A DNA stretch of 64,000 bases, taken from NCBI GenBank assembly GCA_964607485.1, contig CAZSKP010000005.1, forward strand, positions 28,643-92,642, given 5' to 3'. The DNA comes from an uncultured bacterium (GTDB taxonomy: Bacteria; Abyssobacteria; SURF-5). Position numbers and translations under genes: made by a program. The notes under the pieces were generated by a model that saw only the letters and a list, made by a program, of their open reading frames with translations, was not told where the DNA came from and did no database searches. Below are positions 9,855 through 20,152 of this stretch, piece after piece. The stretch's first letter is position 1. Each line of letters opens with the position of its first letter.

Positions 9855-11201
9855 ATGAACAGTGAAAATACCCGCATCCTGATCGTTGACGACGAACAGA
9901 TTGTGCTCAAGTCGCTCTCGGATTGGTTCCGCGATGACGGCTATTTCGTCGGAACCGCCTCGACGGGCAAGGAGGCGCTTGCGAAGCTGACGGAGGGGGA
10001 CTGGGACATCTTTTTGCTCGACGTCAAGATGCCCGGAATGAGCGGACTCGAGCTTCAGAAGAAAATCAAGGGAATAAGCCCCGACGGCATCATCATCATA
10101 ATGACCGCCTATGCTTCCGTCGAGTCCGCCGTGGAGGCGTTGAAACAAGGGGCGTACGACTACCTCACCAAGCCATTCGACCCCGAGCACCTGGGACATC
10201 TCATAAGAAACGCGATCGAGCGGAAGAACCTGGCGGCGGAAAATGTGAGGCTGAAGAAGAGCATCGACGAGTCCGTGCTGACCCATAACATAATCGGACA
10301 GAGCGAGGGCATCAAGAAGGTCGTCGAGGCGATCGAAACGGTTTCGGGAACCGAGACCTCCGTTCTCATCCGGGGAGAGAGCGGCACGGGTAAAGAGCTC
10401 GTGGCGAAGGCCATCCACGCCAATAGCCGCAGAAGATACATGCCCATGGTGATACTCAACTGCGGCGCCCTGCCCGAGGGTATCCTGGAGAGCGAGCTTT
10501 TCGGACATGAGAAGGGAGCGTTCACGGGAGCGCAGTACAGGCGCAAGGGGAAGATTGAGCTTGCGGACGGCGGGACCCTTTTCCTCGACGAAATCGGCGA
10601 GATCAGTCAGAAGATGCAGGTCAACCTTCTGCGCGTTCTCGAAGAGAAGAAGATCAGGCGAATCGGAGGCGAAAGGGAGATTGAGGTCGATTTCAGGCTC
10701 ATCGCCGCCACGAACAAGGACCTGGAGGCAAGCGTCGAATCGGGCGCGTTCCGCACCGACCTGTACTACCGCCTTAACGTGTTCACCATCCAGATTCCGC
10801 CCCTTCGACAGCGCCGCTCCGACATCCCTTTGCTTGCGGACGATTTCCTGCGAAAATACAGCCAAACGACGAACAAGCATATCGAAAACATCGGCCAGGA
10901 CGCGCTCGACAAGATGATGAGTTACTCGTGGCCCGGAAACGTGCGTGAGCTGGAAAACGCCATCGAACGCGCCGTGGTTGTATGCAAATCAGACACGATT
11001 CGGGCCGACCATCTTCCTTTCGGCTCGGCGCCGACGGCATACGATTTGTCCGGCAAGACTCTCGAGGACATCGAAAGGGAACACATCCGCAACATACTCT
11101 CGGAGACCAATTGGAATATCTCGCAGGCTTCCCGTTTCTTGAATATCGACCGGGTAACCCTTTACAGGAAAATCAAGAAATACAACCTTAAGAATCCATA
11201 G
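9855..11201 (+). CDS. sigma54-dependent response regulator (NtrC/AtoC family)
   Basis: REC (LIVDDE, LLDVKMP); AAA+ GESGTGKE, ESELFGHEKGAFTGA, LFLDEIGE, WPGNVREL; Fis-type HTH. Confidence 0.95.
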   Translation: MNSENTRILIVDDEQIVLKSLSDWFRDDGYFVGTASTGKEALAKLTEGDWDIFLLDVKMPGMSGLELQKKIKGISPDGIIIIMTAYASVESAVEALKQGAYDYLTKPFDPEHLGHLIRNAIERKNLAAENVRLKKSIDESVLTHNIIGQSEGIKKVVEAIETVSGTETSVLIRGESGTGKELVAKAIHANSRRRYMPMVILNCGALPEGILESELFGHEKGAFTGAQYRRKGKIELADGGTLFLDEIGEISQKMQVNLLRVLEEKKIRRIGGEREIEVDFRLIAATNKDLEASVESGAFRTDLYYRLNVFTIQIPPLRQRRSDIPLLADDFLRKYSQTTNKHIENIGQDALDKMMSYSWPGNVRELENAIERAVVVCKSDTIRADHLPFGSAPTAYDLSGKTLEDIEREHIRNILSETNWNISQASRFLNIDRVTLYRKIKKYNLKNP

Positions 11202-11203
11202 AT

Positions 11204-11734
11204 TTGGCCGCGATTCTGATTTTTCCCGTCGGTGGAGCTGACGCCTCGATTATCGAGTTCCTCGCGCTTTCTCTCCGCGAGAACTTGGGCCTGTCCTGCA
11301 AGGTAAGCGACATCACCATCTCACTCGAAGGCACGTATGATGTCGTGAGAAAGCAGTATTATTCCACCAAACTGCTCGAGAGGCTGCTCGCGCACCACGA
11401 GGACGACGAGACAAAACTGCTGGGAGTCGCCGACGTGGACCTTTTCATCCCGCCGCTCTCGTTCGTTTTCGGCGAAGCGCAGTTCGATAATCCGGCGTCC
11501 ATCGTTTCCACCTACCGGCTTCGGCAGGAGTTCTACGGGCTGCCTGAAGACGCTCAGATGCTGTATCTTCGATGTGAGAAAGAGGCGGTCCACGAACTCG
11601 GACACAGCTTCGGTCTCGTTCATTGCAGGGACTATCGCTGCGTCATGTACCTCTCCTACTCCGTCGAGGATATCGACCTCAAGGCCAATTCGTTCTGCCG
11701 CAAATGTCATGAGACGCTTCACAGCCGGCTCTGA
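11204..11734 (+). CDS. Archaemetzincin-family Zn metalloprotease (M54)
   Basis: HELGHSFGLVH, then C-x4-C-VM and C-terminal FCRKC; TTG start 2 nt after the upstream stop. Confidence 0.9.
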   Translation: MAAILIFPVGGADASIIEFLALSLRENLGLSCKVSDITISLEGTYDVVRKQYYSTKLLERLLAHHEDDETKLLGVADVDLFIPPLSFVFGEAQFDNPASIVSTYRLRQEFYGLPEDAQMLYLRCEKEAVHELGHSFGLVHCRDYRCVMYLSYSVEDIDLKANSFCRKCHETLHSRL

Positions 11735-11795
11735 GATCGTCTCTCAGCCGCCTTTTGGACACAATAATTTATATCACCATGCATGCACCCGGTTC

Positions 11796-11824
11796 TTGAC
11801 ATCACACAAGGGCTGTGCTAAAAT
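11796..11824 (+). promoter_or_regulatory. sigma70 promoter for the second sigma54 activator
   Basis: TTGACA-N17-TAAAAT. Confidence 0.72.
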
Positions 11825-11871
11825 GCGCCAGACTGCGCGGTATTATGTGGCTCTTCTGAGGAGACTCCCCA

Positions 11872-13245
11872 TTGGCACGCCCCGTACTGATGGTTGTCGA
11901 TGACGAGCGCAATGTGCTCGACACGTGTCGAGATATTTTCAAGGACATCTACGACGTCGTCCTCAAGCGGTCAGCCCCCGAAGCTCTCTCCCACATGGCG
12001 GAAAATCATGTCGACCTGATATTCCTCGACATCGTGATGCCCGACGTCAACGGCATGGAAATGCTCAATCAGGTGCGCATGATGGACGAGTCTCCGCCCG
12101 TTGTGATGGTAACGGCCACGCGTACCGTAAAATCCGCCGTGGCGGCCATGAAGCTGGGAGCGTTCGACTACATCACGAAACCTTTTGACATAGATGAACT
12201 CCGGATGGTGGCCGAGAAAGCTCTGGAGAATCGGACTCTCGTCAATGAAGTGCGTAATCTTCGCTCTCAAATCGAGAAGAGGTACGGATTTGAGAATCTC
12301 GTGGGCGAAAGCAAGCCGATGCAGGAAATTTACCGGCAGGTCGAACAGCTTGCCAACAAGCGCACCACGCTGCTGTTGCTGGGGGAGAGCGGAACCGGAA
12401 AAGAACTGATAGCGCGGGCGATTCACTATCACAGAGACAGCACGCGCAAGGACGGGCCGTTCGTCGCGTTGGATTGCAACACACTGCCGGAATCGCTTTT
12501 CGAGAGCGAATTGTTCGGTCATGAGAAGGGTGCTTTCACCGGCGCCACCAAAAAGACCGGACGCTGCGAGCTTGCCGACAAAGGGACGCTGTTTCTGGAC
12601 GAGATAGGGGAAATTCCGACCGCCGTTCAGGTCAAGCTGCTGCGTTTCTTGCAGGAATACGAATTCATGCGCGTCGGCGGAACTCAAAACATAAGGGTCG
12701 ATGTGAGGATCATCGCGGCCACAAACCGCGACCTCGAAAAAGCCGTGAACGAGGGGAAATTCCGGGAAGACCTGTACTATCGGGTAAATGTCGTGCCCAT
12801 CCGGATACCTCCCCTGAGGGAGCGCAGCGAAGACGTTCCGCTGCTGATCGACCACTTCGTCAAACGCCTTTCGGTCGAGCTGGATACGTCTCCGAAAACG
12901 TTCGCCCCCGGAGCCGTCGACCTGCTCATGACGCACAGCTATCCCGGCAACGTCAGGGAGCTTCAGAACATTGTGGAAAGACTTCTCGTCCTCTCCAATA
13001 AAGATGTTATTGAGGCGGAAGACCTGCCCGAGTCGGTGCGGCTGTCGAAACACGATGTGGGCCAGTATTCCCAACGAATTTTCTCCGGCGAGCTGTCGCT
13101 CGAACAGGCCGAACGCCAGTTCCTCAGCGAGATCATCTCCGAGGCGCTGCGGCGGACCAATGGGGTGCAGACTCGCGCAGCCGAAACGCTCAAAACCAGC
13201 CGCCGAACCCTCAAGTATCAAATGGACAAATTAGGCCTTTCCTGA
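11872..13245 (+). CDS. sigma54-dependent response regulator (NtrC/AtoC family)
   Basis: REC (MVVDDE, FLDIVMP); GESGTGKE; GAFTGA; YPGNVREL; HTH. TTG start with GAGGAG SD. Confidence 0.95.
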   Translation: MARPVLMVVDDERNVLDTCRDIFKDIYDVVLKRSAPEALSHMAENHVDLIFLDIVMPDVNGMEMLNQVRMMDESPPVVMVTATRTVKSAVAAMKLGAFDYITKPFDIDELRMVAEKALENRTLVNEVRNLRSQIEKRYGFENLVGESKPMQEIYRQVEQLANKRTTLLLLGESGTGKELIARAIHYHRDSTRKDGPFVALDCNTLPESLFESELFGHEKGAFTGATKKTGRCELADKGTLFLDEIGEIPTAVQVKLLRFLQEYEFMRVGGTQNIRVDVRIIAATNRDLEKAVNEGKFREDLYYRVNVVPIRIPPLRERSEDVPLLIDHFVKRLSVELDTSPKTFAPGAVDLLMTHSYPGNVRELQNIVERLLVLSNKDVIEAEDLPESVRLSKHDVGQYSQRIFSGELSLEQAERQFLSEIISEALRRTNGVQTRAAETLKTSRRTLKYQMDKLGLS

Positions 13246-13391
13246 GCTCGGTCGTTTTTGTGCATTCCCGTTCTTGAACGTGCGTGGCATGTTCACCCAT
13301 GAGTAAGCCCTATGGTGGTCCCACCCTCGATTTTCCCTTATAGACCGCAACATGTGGTTGCACTCCATGCTTTACCTATAGATGAAGGTCT

Positions 13392-13407
13392 TGGCATCTT
13401 CTTTGCT
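13392..13407 (+). promoter_or_regulatory. sigma54 (-24/-12) promoter upstream of the HDOD gene
   Basis: TGGCATCTTCTTTGCT, i.e. GG-N10-GC, close to consensus TGGCAC-N5-TTGCW. Confidence 0.72.
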
Positions 13408-13455
13408 CAACCACGCTAAGCACTGAGAGGTGCCAAGGGCTCATTCCCGGAACCG

Positions 13456-14370
13456 ATGCGGATGACAATGCCAGCCAAAAAAACGGACCAGCCACCGGCA
13501 GGCAGGTTGCGAAAGAAAGAGGAGGGGAAACTCCTCATACTCGAGGTGCTCGAACTGCCTACCATGTCGGTCGCCATGAACAAGCTTTTGAAGGTGGCGG
13601 GCAGCGACCGTTCCAGCGCCTCGGATATGGCAGAGGTCATATCACAAGACCCGTCGCTCACGGCGAATATTCTGAAGATTGCGAATTCCGCCTACTTCGG
13701 GCTTTCGCAAAAGGTGCCGACAGTTGCGCGGGCAATTGTTGTCCTGGGTTTCGATGCGGTCAAGAGCATTGCCCTGAGCGCATCGGTCATTGAGGCGTTC
13801 GACAAAGGTTCGGCGCGCGGCCATTTCGACCGGGGCAGGTTCTGGACTCATTCCCTCGCCTGCGCTTACCTTTCCAAGAAGATAGCCGCCATGACACATC
13901 GGGCCGAATTGGAAACCGCATTCGCCTGCGGACTTCTGCACGACATCGGAAAGATAGCGCTGGACATCTATTTTCCCGAAAGCTATCGCCGCGTCCTTGC
14001 GAAATTGACCGACGGAACGGCGACGTCGGTCGAGGCGGAAGATGAAATACTCGGGTTTACCCACGCGGAAGTCGGCATGTGGATAGCCCAGCGCTGGAAA
14101 TTTCCCAAGTCGATTGTGTTCAGCATTGCCAATCATCACGGCATGATAGCCGATGACGTGCGCTATAAGGGATTGACGGCGATGGTTCGCCTGGCCAATC
14201 ACTTGTGTTTGCAGGAGGGGGTGTGCCTCGAAGACCAGGCCCTTGCCGAACCGTTTGAGAAGGAGATGGTCGATGGTCTCAAGCTGAAGGCCGACGACGT
14301 GGCTCAGCTACGGGAGATATTGACCACACGCAAGGATTCGTTCATGTCCTTTTTCTCGAGTTGGGATTGA
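13456..14370 (+). CDS. HDOD-domain protein
   Basis: LPTMS; ISQDPSLTANILKIANSAYFG; RFWTHSLACA; CGLLHDIGKI; LGFTHAEVG; WKFP. Confidence 0.92.
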   Translation: MRMTMPAKKTDQPPAGRLRKKEEGKLLILEVLELPTMSVAMNKLLKVAGSDRSSASDMAEVISQDPSLTANILKIANSAYFGLSQKVPTVARAIVVLGFDAVKSIALSASVIEAFDKGSARGHFDRGRFWTHSLACAYLSKKIAAMTHRAELETAFACGLLHDIGKIALDIYFPESYRRVLAKLTDGTATSVEAEDEILGFTHAEVGMWIAQRWKFPKSIVFSIANHHGMIADDVRYKGLTAMVRLANHLCLQEGVCLEDQALAEPFEKEMVDGLKLKADDVAQLREILTTRKDSFMSFFSSWD

Positions 14371-14394
14371 CTGCAAGGGAGAGGTGAGGAAACC

Positions 14395-16194
14395 TTGACA
14401 AGTTTTGAAGAGAGAGATCCTGCGGAACAGGGCCCTATGGACGGCTTAGGTTCGCATCGGTCCTGTGACGAGCTGAAGCTCCGCTATGAAGAAGTTCTCT
14501 CACAGCTTTGTCTTGCCAGTCGTCTGAACGAAGCGGTCTCGCTCGTGGAGAACCTGCCCGATCTTTGCATTTCGATCGTGAATGCAATTATCGAATTCAC
14601 GGCCGCCGAGAACTGCTCCATAATGTTGAGCGATCCCGAGACGGGAAACCTCAGCCTTTCTGTGGCAAAGGGACGAGACGACAGGGGCTCTTTCTTCGGC
14701 ACAGGCGAGGCCACCACGCAGGTATTCACCAGGGGGCAAGGCGCGGCGGGCTGGGCGGCCGAGAATGCGAAGATTCTCTCCATCGAAAACTGCGATCTTG
14801 ACGATAGATTCATCAAGCTGGAGTCGGCCGTAAAAGAAATCAATTCGGTCATATGCGCTCCCATTGTCGCCGAAGGCTCGGTGATGGGAGTTATCAATTG
14901 CAGCCATCCGAAGAAGCGGCAGTTCAGCGAAATCGACAAGCGCAATGTAGCCCTCGTCGCCGAACGTGCGGCGGTGTTGCTCCAAAAGGCTCTGTCTGTC
15001 GATCATTTGAAGAAAGACTATCGGGAACTGGATAAACAGATGCATGAGAATGTCGAGCGCAATTCGAAAACCGAGAAGGCGCTCTCCGAACTGCGGCAGC
15101 AGCTCTACAAATCAGAAAAATTTGCCTCGCTCGGCGAGCTTCTGGCGGGAGTGGCGCATGAGCTCAACAATCGCGTCGCTCCGATTCTCATTTATTCGCA
15201 GATGCTCCGACAACAGGGAACCGACAAGCAAGATGAGAAACGGCTCCGTGTCATCGAAGAATCGGCCGTTGGAGCGAAGGCGATTCTGGAGACGTTGCTC
15301 AACTACTCCCGGCCCGAACGGCAAGAGCGGCAGCCGATCAACCTCAATCAGACGCTCCAGAACACACTCACGCTGACAGAGTACAAATTGCGGAACCACG
15401 GGATCGAACTTTCGTTGGACCTTTGCCCGGAGCTTCCGCCGACGATGGTTACCGAAAAACAGATCGGACAGGTGTTTCTGAATGTTATCAACAACTCCAT
15501 TCATGCGATGGAGCAAAAGGGCGGGAAGCTGAAAATACGGTCCACCTACGGCAACGACAATATCAGATTCGTCATCGCCGATTCGGGACCCGGCATACCA
15601 CCGGAAATCTCCGAGAGTATTTTCGAGCCGTTTTTCACAACGAAAGAATCCGGCAAGGGAACCGGATTGGGACTGAGCATATCAAGGCGATATTTAGAGG
15701 ATCATAAAGGCAGGATATTTCTTGATCCCGCATATCCCGACGGAGCCGCTTTCGTCATCGAAATCCCTAGAATGGAACCAAAGAGAGAGACATCGCGCGG
15801 ACAATTCCCGCTTCCGACCTGTTCGGAAAACGGTGTAAGAATACTCGTGGTCGACGACGACTCCGCCATCCGCGACGTCATACGCGACGTGCTCGGCGCA
15901 GGGTATGATGTCGAATTTGCGACCGACGGCCGTGACGCCACGACCAAGATTGAAAACGACCTCTTCGACCTGCTCGTCGTGGACTATCACATGCCCGGCT
16001 TCGATGGGAGACAGCTTTACGAATGGGTTGTGAATAACCGGCCTTCTCTGAAGGACCGGACAATATTCAGCACCGGCGACATATACCGGGAGGATATTCG
16101 CGATTTCATCGAGAGCACCGGCTGTCGTTGTCTCATCAAACCGTTTTCCACGGCCGACCTCCGGGAGATAGTATCGGGCGCGCTGAAGGTTTGA
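14395..16194 (+). CDS. Hybrid sensor histidine kinase (GAF-HisKA-HATPase-REC)
   Basis: GAF region; H-box GVAHELNN; [10 protein letters not shown]; DSGPGI; [15 protein letters not shown]; C-terminal REC (LVVDDD, VVDYHMP). Confidence 0.92.
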   Translation: MTSFEERDPAEQGPMDGLGSHRSCDELKLRYEEVLSQLCLASRLNEAVSLVENLPDLCISIVNAIIEFTAAENCSIMLSDPETGNLSLSVAKGRDDRGSFFGTGEATTQVFTRGQGAAGWAAENAKILSIENCDLDDRFIKLESAVKEINSVICAPIVAEGSVMGVINCSHPKKRQFSEIDKRNVALVAERAAVLLQKALSVDHLKKDYRELDKQMHENVERNSKTEKALSELRQQLYKSEKFASLGELLAGVAHELNNRVAPILIYSQMLRQQGTDKQDEKRLRVIEESAVGAKAILETLLNYSRPERQERQPINLNQTLQNTLTLTEYKLRNHGIELSLDLCPELPPTMVTEKQIGQVFLNVINNSIHAMEQKGGKLKIRSTYGNDNIRFVIADSGPGIPPEISESIFEPFFTTKESGKGTGLGLSISRRYLEDHKGRIFLDPAYPDGAAFVIEIPRMEPKRETSRGQFPLPTCSENGVRILVVDDDSAIRDVIRDVLGAGYDVEFATDGRDATTKIENDLFDLLVVDYHMPGFDGRQLYEWVVNNRPSLKDRTIFSTGDIYREDIRDFIESTGCRCLIKPFSTADLREIVSGALKV

Positions 16195-16294
16195 GCGTAT
16201 GCGCGGCACTGACGATTCCGTCCCATATGCTGTGGAGCGGCTGCAAAGTCTCCAGGAGATAATCCGCCATCTGCCCTGAGAGGGAACCGCCCCA

Positions 16295-17890
16295 ATGAAA
16301 GGGTCCGCCAGAATAATTCTCTTCGACCAGGACACGGAAAGCCGAACTCAAGCTGCGGCCTGCCTTGCAGGGAGAGGATACAAACTCGCCCAATTCTCCA
16401 CCTCGGATGAGACGCTGGCGGCGGTCAGGCGATTGCCGGCGGATATCGTGCTCCTCGACCTGGACGTAAACGAGATTCACGGGATGGAAATAATCATGGA
16501 GGCCAAGGCGAACAATCCGGAGATTTCGATCATTCTGATGGGCACGCAGGATGCGGCCGAGAGAAATCCGAATATGCTGATGTTCGCCGGATATGAGTTT
16601 GTGCTGAAACCACTTCGCGAGGATGTCCTGGGCACGGCTATAGAACAGCGGCTCAACCAGCAGCATCTCTACCGCATCTGTTCCGCGCTGAGCACGGAAC
16701 TCGACGTGAACAACGTGTTGAACGTGCTTCTGCGGAGCACCTTGCAGGAGGTCGATGCGGACCAGGCGGTGGTATTGCTAAGGGATGACTCCTCCGACCG
16801 TTTGCGAGTCGAGGCGGCGGCGGGCCTGCCGGAGGGAATTGTCGGCACAACGTGCGAGGCGGATGATGCAGGCATAGTGGGCCTGGTGTTTGCCAACAAT
16901 GAACCGATTGTGTCACAGGGCGGGTTTGCTCGCCTTCCGTTCATTCCGGAAGAGCTCAACCGCGAGATCGAATCGAGCATATGCGTCCCGATTCGAATCG
17001 GGGGGAAAACCATAGGAATGCTGAACGTGAATCGGTTGGGCGTATCCGAACCGTTTTGCCAGAGCCAACTGCGAACCGTTGAGATAGTGGCGCTGCAAAC
17101 CGCCGTGGCCGTGCAGAACGCGCGTGCGCATCACTATGCGCTCGAACGCCAAAGGATGGAGCACGAGCTCGAATTGGCCAGGGCGATCCAGCAAAGCCTC
17201 TTTCCGAAAATTTCCGGCTATGAGCGATACGCCGACATCGTCTCCGAAAATATCCCCGCTAACATGGTTGGAGGCGACTTCTTCGATTTCGTCGAGCTTG
17301 ACCCCGACCGTTTTGGAGTCGTCATCGGCGACGTGGCCGGCAAGGGTATTCCGGGAGCGCTGCTGATGGTCCGCGCCATCAGCAACTTCAGGCTTCGGGC
17401 GCGCCCCGGCCAGGAGCCGGGCAAGGTGCTTGGGGAACTCAACAACGACCTGATCGAAAGCAACACGCACGGCATGTACGTGACCGCAATTTATGCGGTC
17501 TTCGATTTCGGCCGGGGAGTCCTCCGGTTCGCCAACGCGGGCCATCCTCCCCTTTTTCTCTGCCGGTCGTCCTCGGAGACCTTGGAGTGTTTCGACGCCT
17601 CGTCGGGCATTCCGATGGGCATCCTGAAAGATACCAGGTACGAGACGGCTGAGTTGCCTCTCGAGCCCGGCTGTCTCGCGTTCCTGTATACCGACGGAAT
17701 CATCGAGGCCAGAAATCCGGACAGGGACGACTTCTCGCTTGCGCGGCTTAAGAGGCTGGTGAACGTTCGTCCGCTTCATGCCCGAAAGCTCTGCGAATGC
17801 GTGATGGGCGAGTTGATGGCCTTCACCGCCGGCAGACCTCACCACGACGACCTCACCCTGCTCGCCGTCGGAGTCAAACACACCGCTTGA
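16295..17890 (+). CDS. REC-GAF-PP2C (SpoIIE/RsbU-type) serine phosphatase
   Basis: ELELARAIQ; VGGDFFD; IGDVAGKG; ANAGHPP; LYTDGIIEA; HDDLTLL. Confidence 0.92.
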   Translation: MKGSARIILFDQDTESRTQAAACLAGRGYKLAQFSTSDETLAAVRRLPADIVLLDLDVNEIHGMEIIMEAKANNPEISIILMGTQDAAERNPNMLMFAGYEFVLKPLREDVLGTAIEQRLNQQHLYRICSALSTELDVNNVLNVLLRSTLQEVDADQAVVLLRDDSSDRLRVEAAAGLPEGIVGTTCEADDAGIVGLVFANNEPIVSQGGFARLPFIPEELNREIESSICVPIRIGGKTIGMLNVNRLGVSEPFCQSQLRTVEIVALQTAVAVQNARAHHYALERQRMEHELELARAIQQSLFPKISGYERYADIVSENIPANMVGGDFFDFVELDPDRFGVVIGDVAGKGIPGALLMVRAISNFRLRARPGQEPGKVLGELNNDLIESNTHGMYVTAIYAVFDFGRGVLRFANAGHPPLFLCRSSSETLECFDASSGIPMGILKDTRYETAELPLEPGCLAFLYTDGIIEARNPDRDDFSLARLKRLVNVRPLHARKLCECVMGELMAFTAGRPHHDDLTLLAVGVKHTA

Positions 17891-18091
17891 GAATGCAGCT
17901 CTTGAGGTTCTATTTCTGACGGCCGTTCCTCGCGATTCTTGCTTGTTCATCTTCCGTTGTTCGACATCCCCGCAACACGCCCGATGCCTCGCGTAGGATA
18001 ATGGACAAACAAAGCCGGAAACCCATATAATAGTTGTGAGACACATCGGGAAATTCCGGGCATAATACAAGCAGGGAGGACCGCAAGAAGA

Positions 18092-18382
18092 GTGAAACTC
18101 TGTCACAGATGCGGCACAGCATGGGTGTCGGAACACCGGTTTCCCGGCCGGACCGAAACGTGCATGAAATGCGGGTACGACCTTTACTGCTGCCTCAACT
18201 GTAAGCTCTACGACCCACGCGCGCCCAACCAGTGCAAGAGCCCCACCACCGAGCTTGTGCTGGACAAGGAGAAGGCCAACTTCTGCGATGAGTTCGAGTT
18301 TGCGGAGGACAGAAAACCGGAGGAACGCGAGGGCCAGAAACGGAAAGGCAGAGAAGCCTGGGAGAGACTGTTCGGGGATTGA
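18092..18382 (+). CDS. Small Cys-rich hypothetical protein (probable Zn/Fe-binding)
   Basis: GTG start with AGGGAGGA SD; 9 Cys in CxxC...CxxC...CCxxC...C...NFCDEF. Confidence 0.75.
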   Translation: MKLCHRCGTAWVSEHRFPGRTETCMKCGYDLYCCLNCKLYDPRAPNQCKSPTTELVLDKEKANFCDEFEFAEDRKPEEREGQKRKGREAWERLFGD

Positions 18383-18466
18383 TAATCTCGAAGTTGAAAT
18401 TTTGCGAGAAATGAACGGTTCAGGGAAGAGCGGAACTGTTCTCGTCACGCTAGAAAGACCGAAGAT

Positions 18467-20128
18467 ATGACCAAACAGGGAGGATACCTCGTAGCAAAGG
18501 CGCTGAGGAATGAGGGAGTCGAGTGCATATTTACGCTCTGCGGCGGCCACATCCAGCCCATCTACCCCGGCTGCGCGGAGATGGGCATAAAGGTCGTTGA
18601 CGTTCGTCACGAGCAGGCGGCCACGCACGCGGCCGACGGATGGGCGCGCGTCACACGCAAGCCCGGAGTCGCGGTCGTGACCGCCGGGCCCGGCCTCACG
18701 AATTCGGTCACCGGAATAGCCAACGCCATGCGTGCCGGCAGCCCGATACTCGTCATCGGCGGTCAAGCGCCTCTGTTTCAGTTCGACAGAGGCTCTCTGC
18801 AGGAGATGAACCACGTAGAGCTGCTCAGACCGATTACAAAGTGGGCGAAACGCGTGCACCAGACGAGCCGCATCCCCGAATACATCGGCGACGCGTTCCG
18901 CGAGGCCACGGCCGGCAGACCGGGCCCCGTCTTTCTGGAGATTCCGCTGGACATACTCGTCCTCTCCGAAGACGAAAACAGCGTCGTCTTCCCCACGGAT
19001 TCCGCGGCGCGAGCGCGAGTCTGCGGCGACCCGGCTCGGGTCGAGCGAGCGGCCGAGTTGCTCGACGCGTCTGAAAGGCCCGTGATAATGGCGGGCAGCG
19101 CAATCTGGTGGGACGACGCGGGCTCGGTCGTGGAAAAGCTTGCTGACAACCTCGCTGCTCCCATATACGTGAACGGGATGGCGCGCGGTTGCATCGACCC
19201 CGAACATCCGCTCCAGCTCTCCCACACGCGGAGCAAAGCGCTCGGAGGAGCCGACGTGATCCTCGTCGTCGGGGCCGAGTTTGATTTTCGGCTGGCCTAT
19301 GGGCAATCGGGCCTGATCAATCCGTCGGCGAAGCTCATACAAATAAATATCGAGCCGACCGAGATAGGACACAACCGCTCCGTCGATGTGGGAATCGTCG
19401 GCGACACCCGGTCCGTCCTCGACCAGCTCTGCGAGGCGTTGGGCCGATTACAAACCTCGTCGCAACGTGAGGCGTGGGTGAAAGGGCTGATGGCGGAGGA
19501 GGACAGAGAGCTTGAACGCATGGAGGCGCATCTGCAATCGGAGGACGTTCCCATTCATCCGGCCCGGCTGTGCCGCGAGGTGGATAAGTTTCTGGACAGT
19601 GAGGCTATCATAGTCGGCGACGGCGGCGACATCGTCTCGCTGGGGGCGCGCATTATCCGCCCGCGCGCTCCCGGACACTGGCTCGACCCCGGCCCCTTCG
19701 GCTGTCTCGGCATGGGGCTGCCGTTCGGCCTGGCGGCAGGGCTGGCCAAGCCCGACAAACAACTGCTCCTGCTTTATGGTGATGGCTCCTTCGGGTTCAA
19801 TGGGATGGAGATCGACACCGCCGTGAGGTTCAAGCTGCCGATGGTGGTAGTTATCGGAAACGACGGCGGCTGGGGCCAGATGCGTTACGGAGTCGAGGCC
19901 ATGGGACTGGGCGAGCAGGACCCCGTCGCCACCGAGCTGGGCTTCACGCACTATGAGAGAATGGTCGAGGCTTTGGGAGGCTTCGGCGAATATGTCGAGA
20001 AACCATCGGACATAAGGCCAACTCTTGAACGAGCGTTCGAGAGCGGCCTGCCGGCATGCGTGAACGTCAAAATCGACCCTCAGGGGACGCATCAAATGTT
20101 GAGTGCAACCAGGGGAATGGTAGGCTAA
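18467..20128 (+). CDS. Thiamine-pyrophosphate-dependent enzyme (acetolactate synthase / 2-hydroxyacyl-CoA lyase-like)
   Basis: VRHEQAATHAADG; TAGPGLTN; TPP motif YGDGSFGF...IGNDGGWG. Confidence 0.92.
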   Translation: MTKQGGYLVAKALRNEGVECIFTLCGGHIQPIYPGCAEMGIKVVDVRHEQAATHAADGWARVTRKPGVAVVTAGPGLTNSVTGIANAMRAGSPILVIGGQAPLFQFDRGSLQEMNHVELLRPITKWAKRVHQTSRIPEYIGDAFREATAGRPGPVFLEIPLDILVLSEDENSVVFPTDSAARARVCGDPARVERAAELLDASERPVIMAGSAIWWDDAGSVVEKLADNLAAPIYVNGMARGCIDPEHPLQLSHTRSKALGGADVILVVGAEFDFRLAYGQSGLINPSAKLIQINIEPTEIGHNRSVDVGIVGDTRSVLDQLCEALGRLQTSSQREAWVKGLMAEEDRELERMEAHLQSEDVPIHPARLCREVDKFLDSEAIIVGDGGDIVSLGARIIRPRAPGHWLDPGPFGCLGMGLPFGLAAGLAKPDKQLLLLYGDGSFGFNGMEIDTAVRFKLPMVVVIGNDGGWGQMRYGVEAMGLGEQDPVATELGFTHYERMVEALGGFGEYVEKPSDIRPTLERAFESGLPACVNVKIDPQGTHQMLSATRGMVG

Positions 20129-20152
20129 ACGATTGTTAAGGAGGCGGCTTGT

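Noticed and set aside
16913-19372. 819-aa minus-strand ORF
   Set aside because: Antisense shadow of the PP2C, Cys-rich and TPP genes; no recognisable motifs; long shadow ORFs are expected in GC-rich coding DNA
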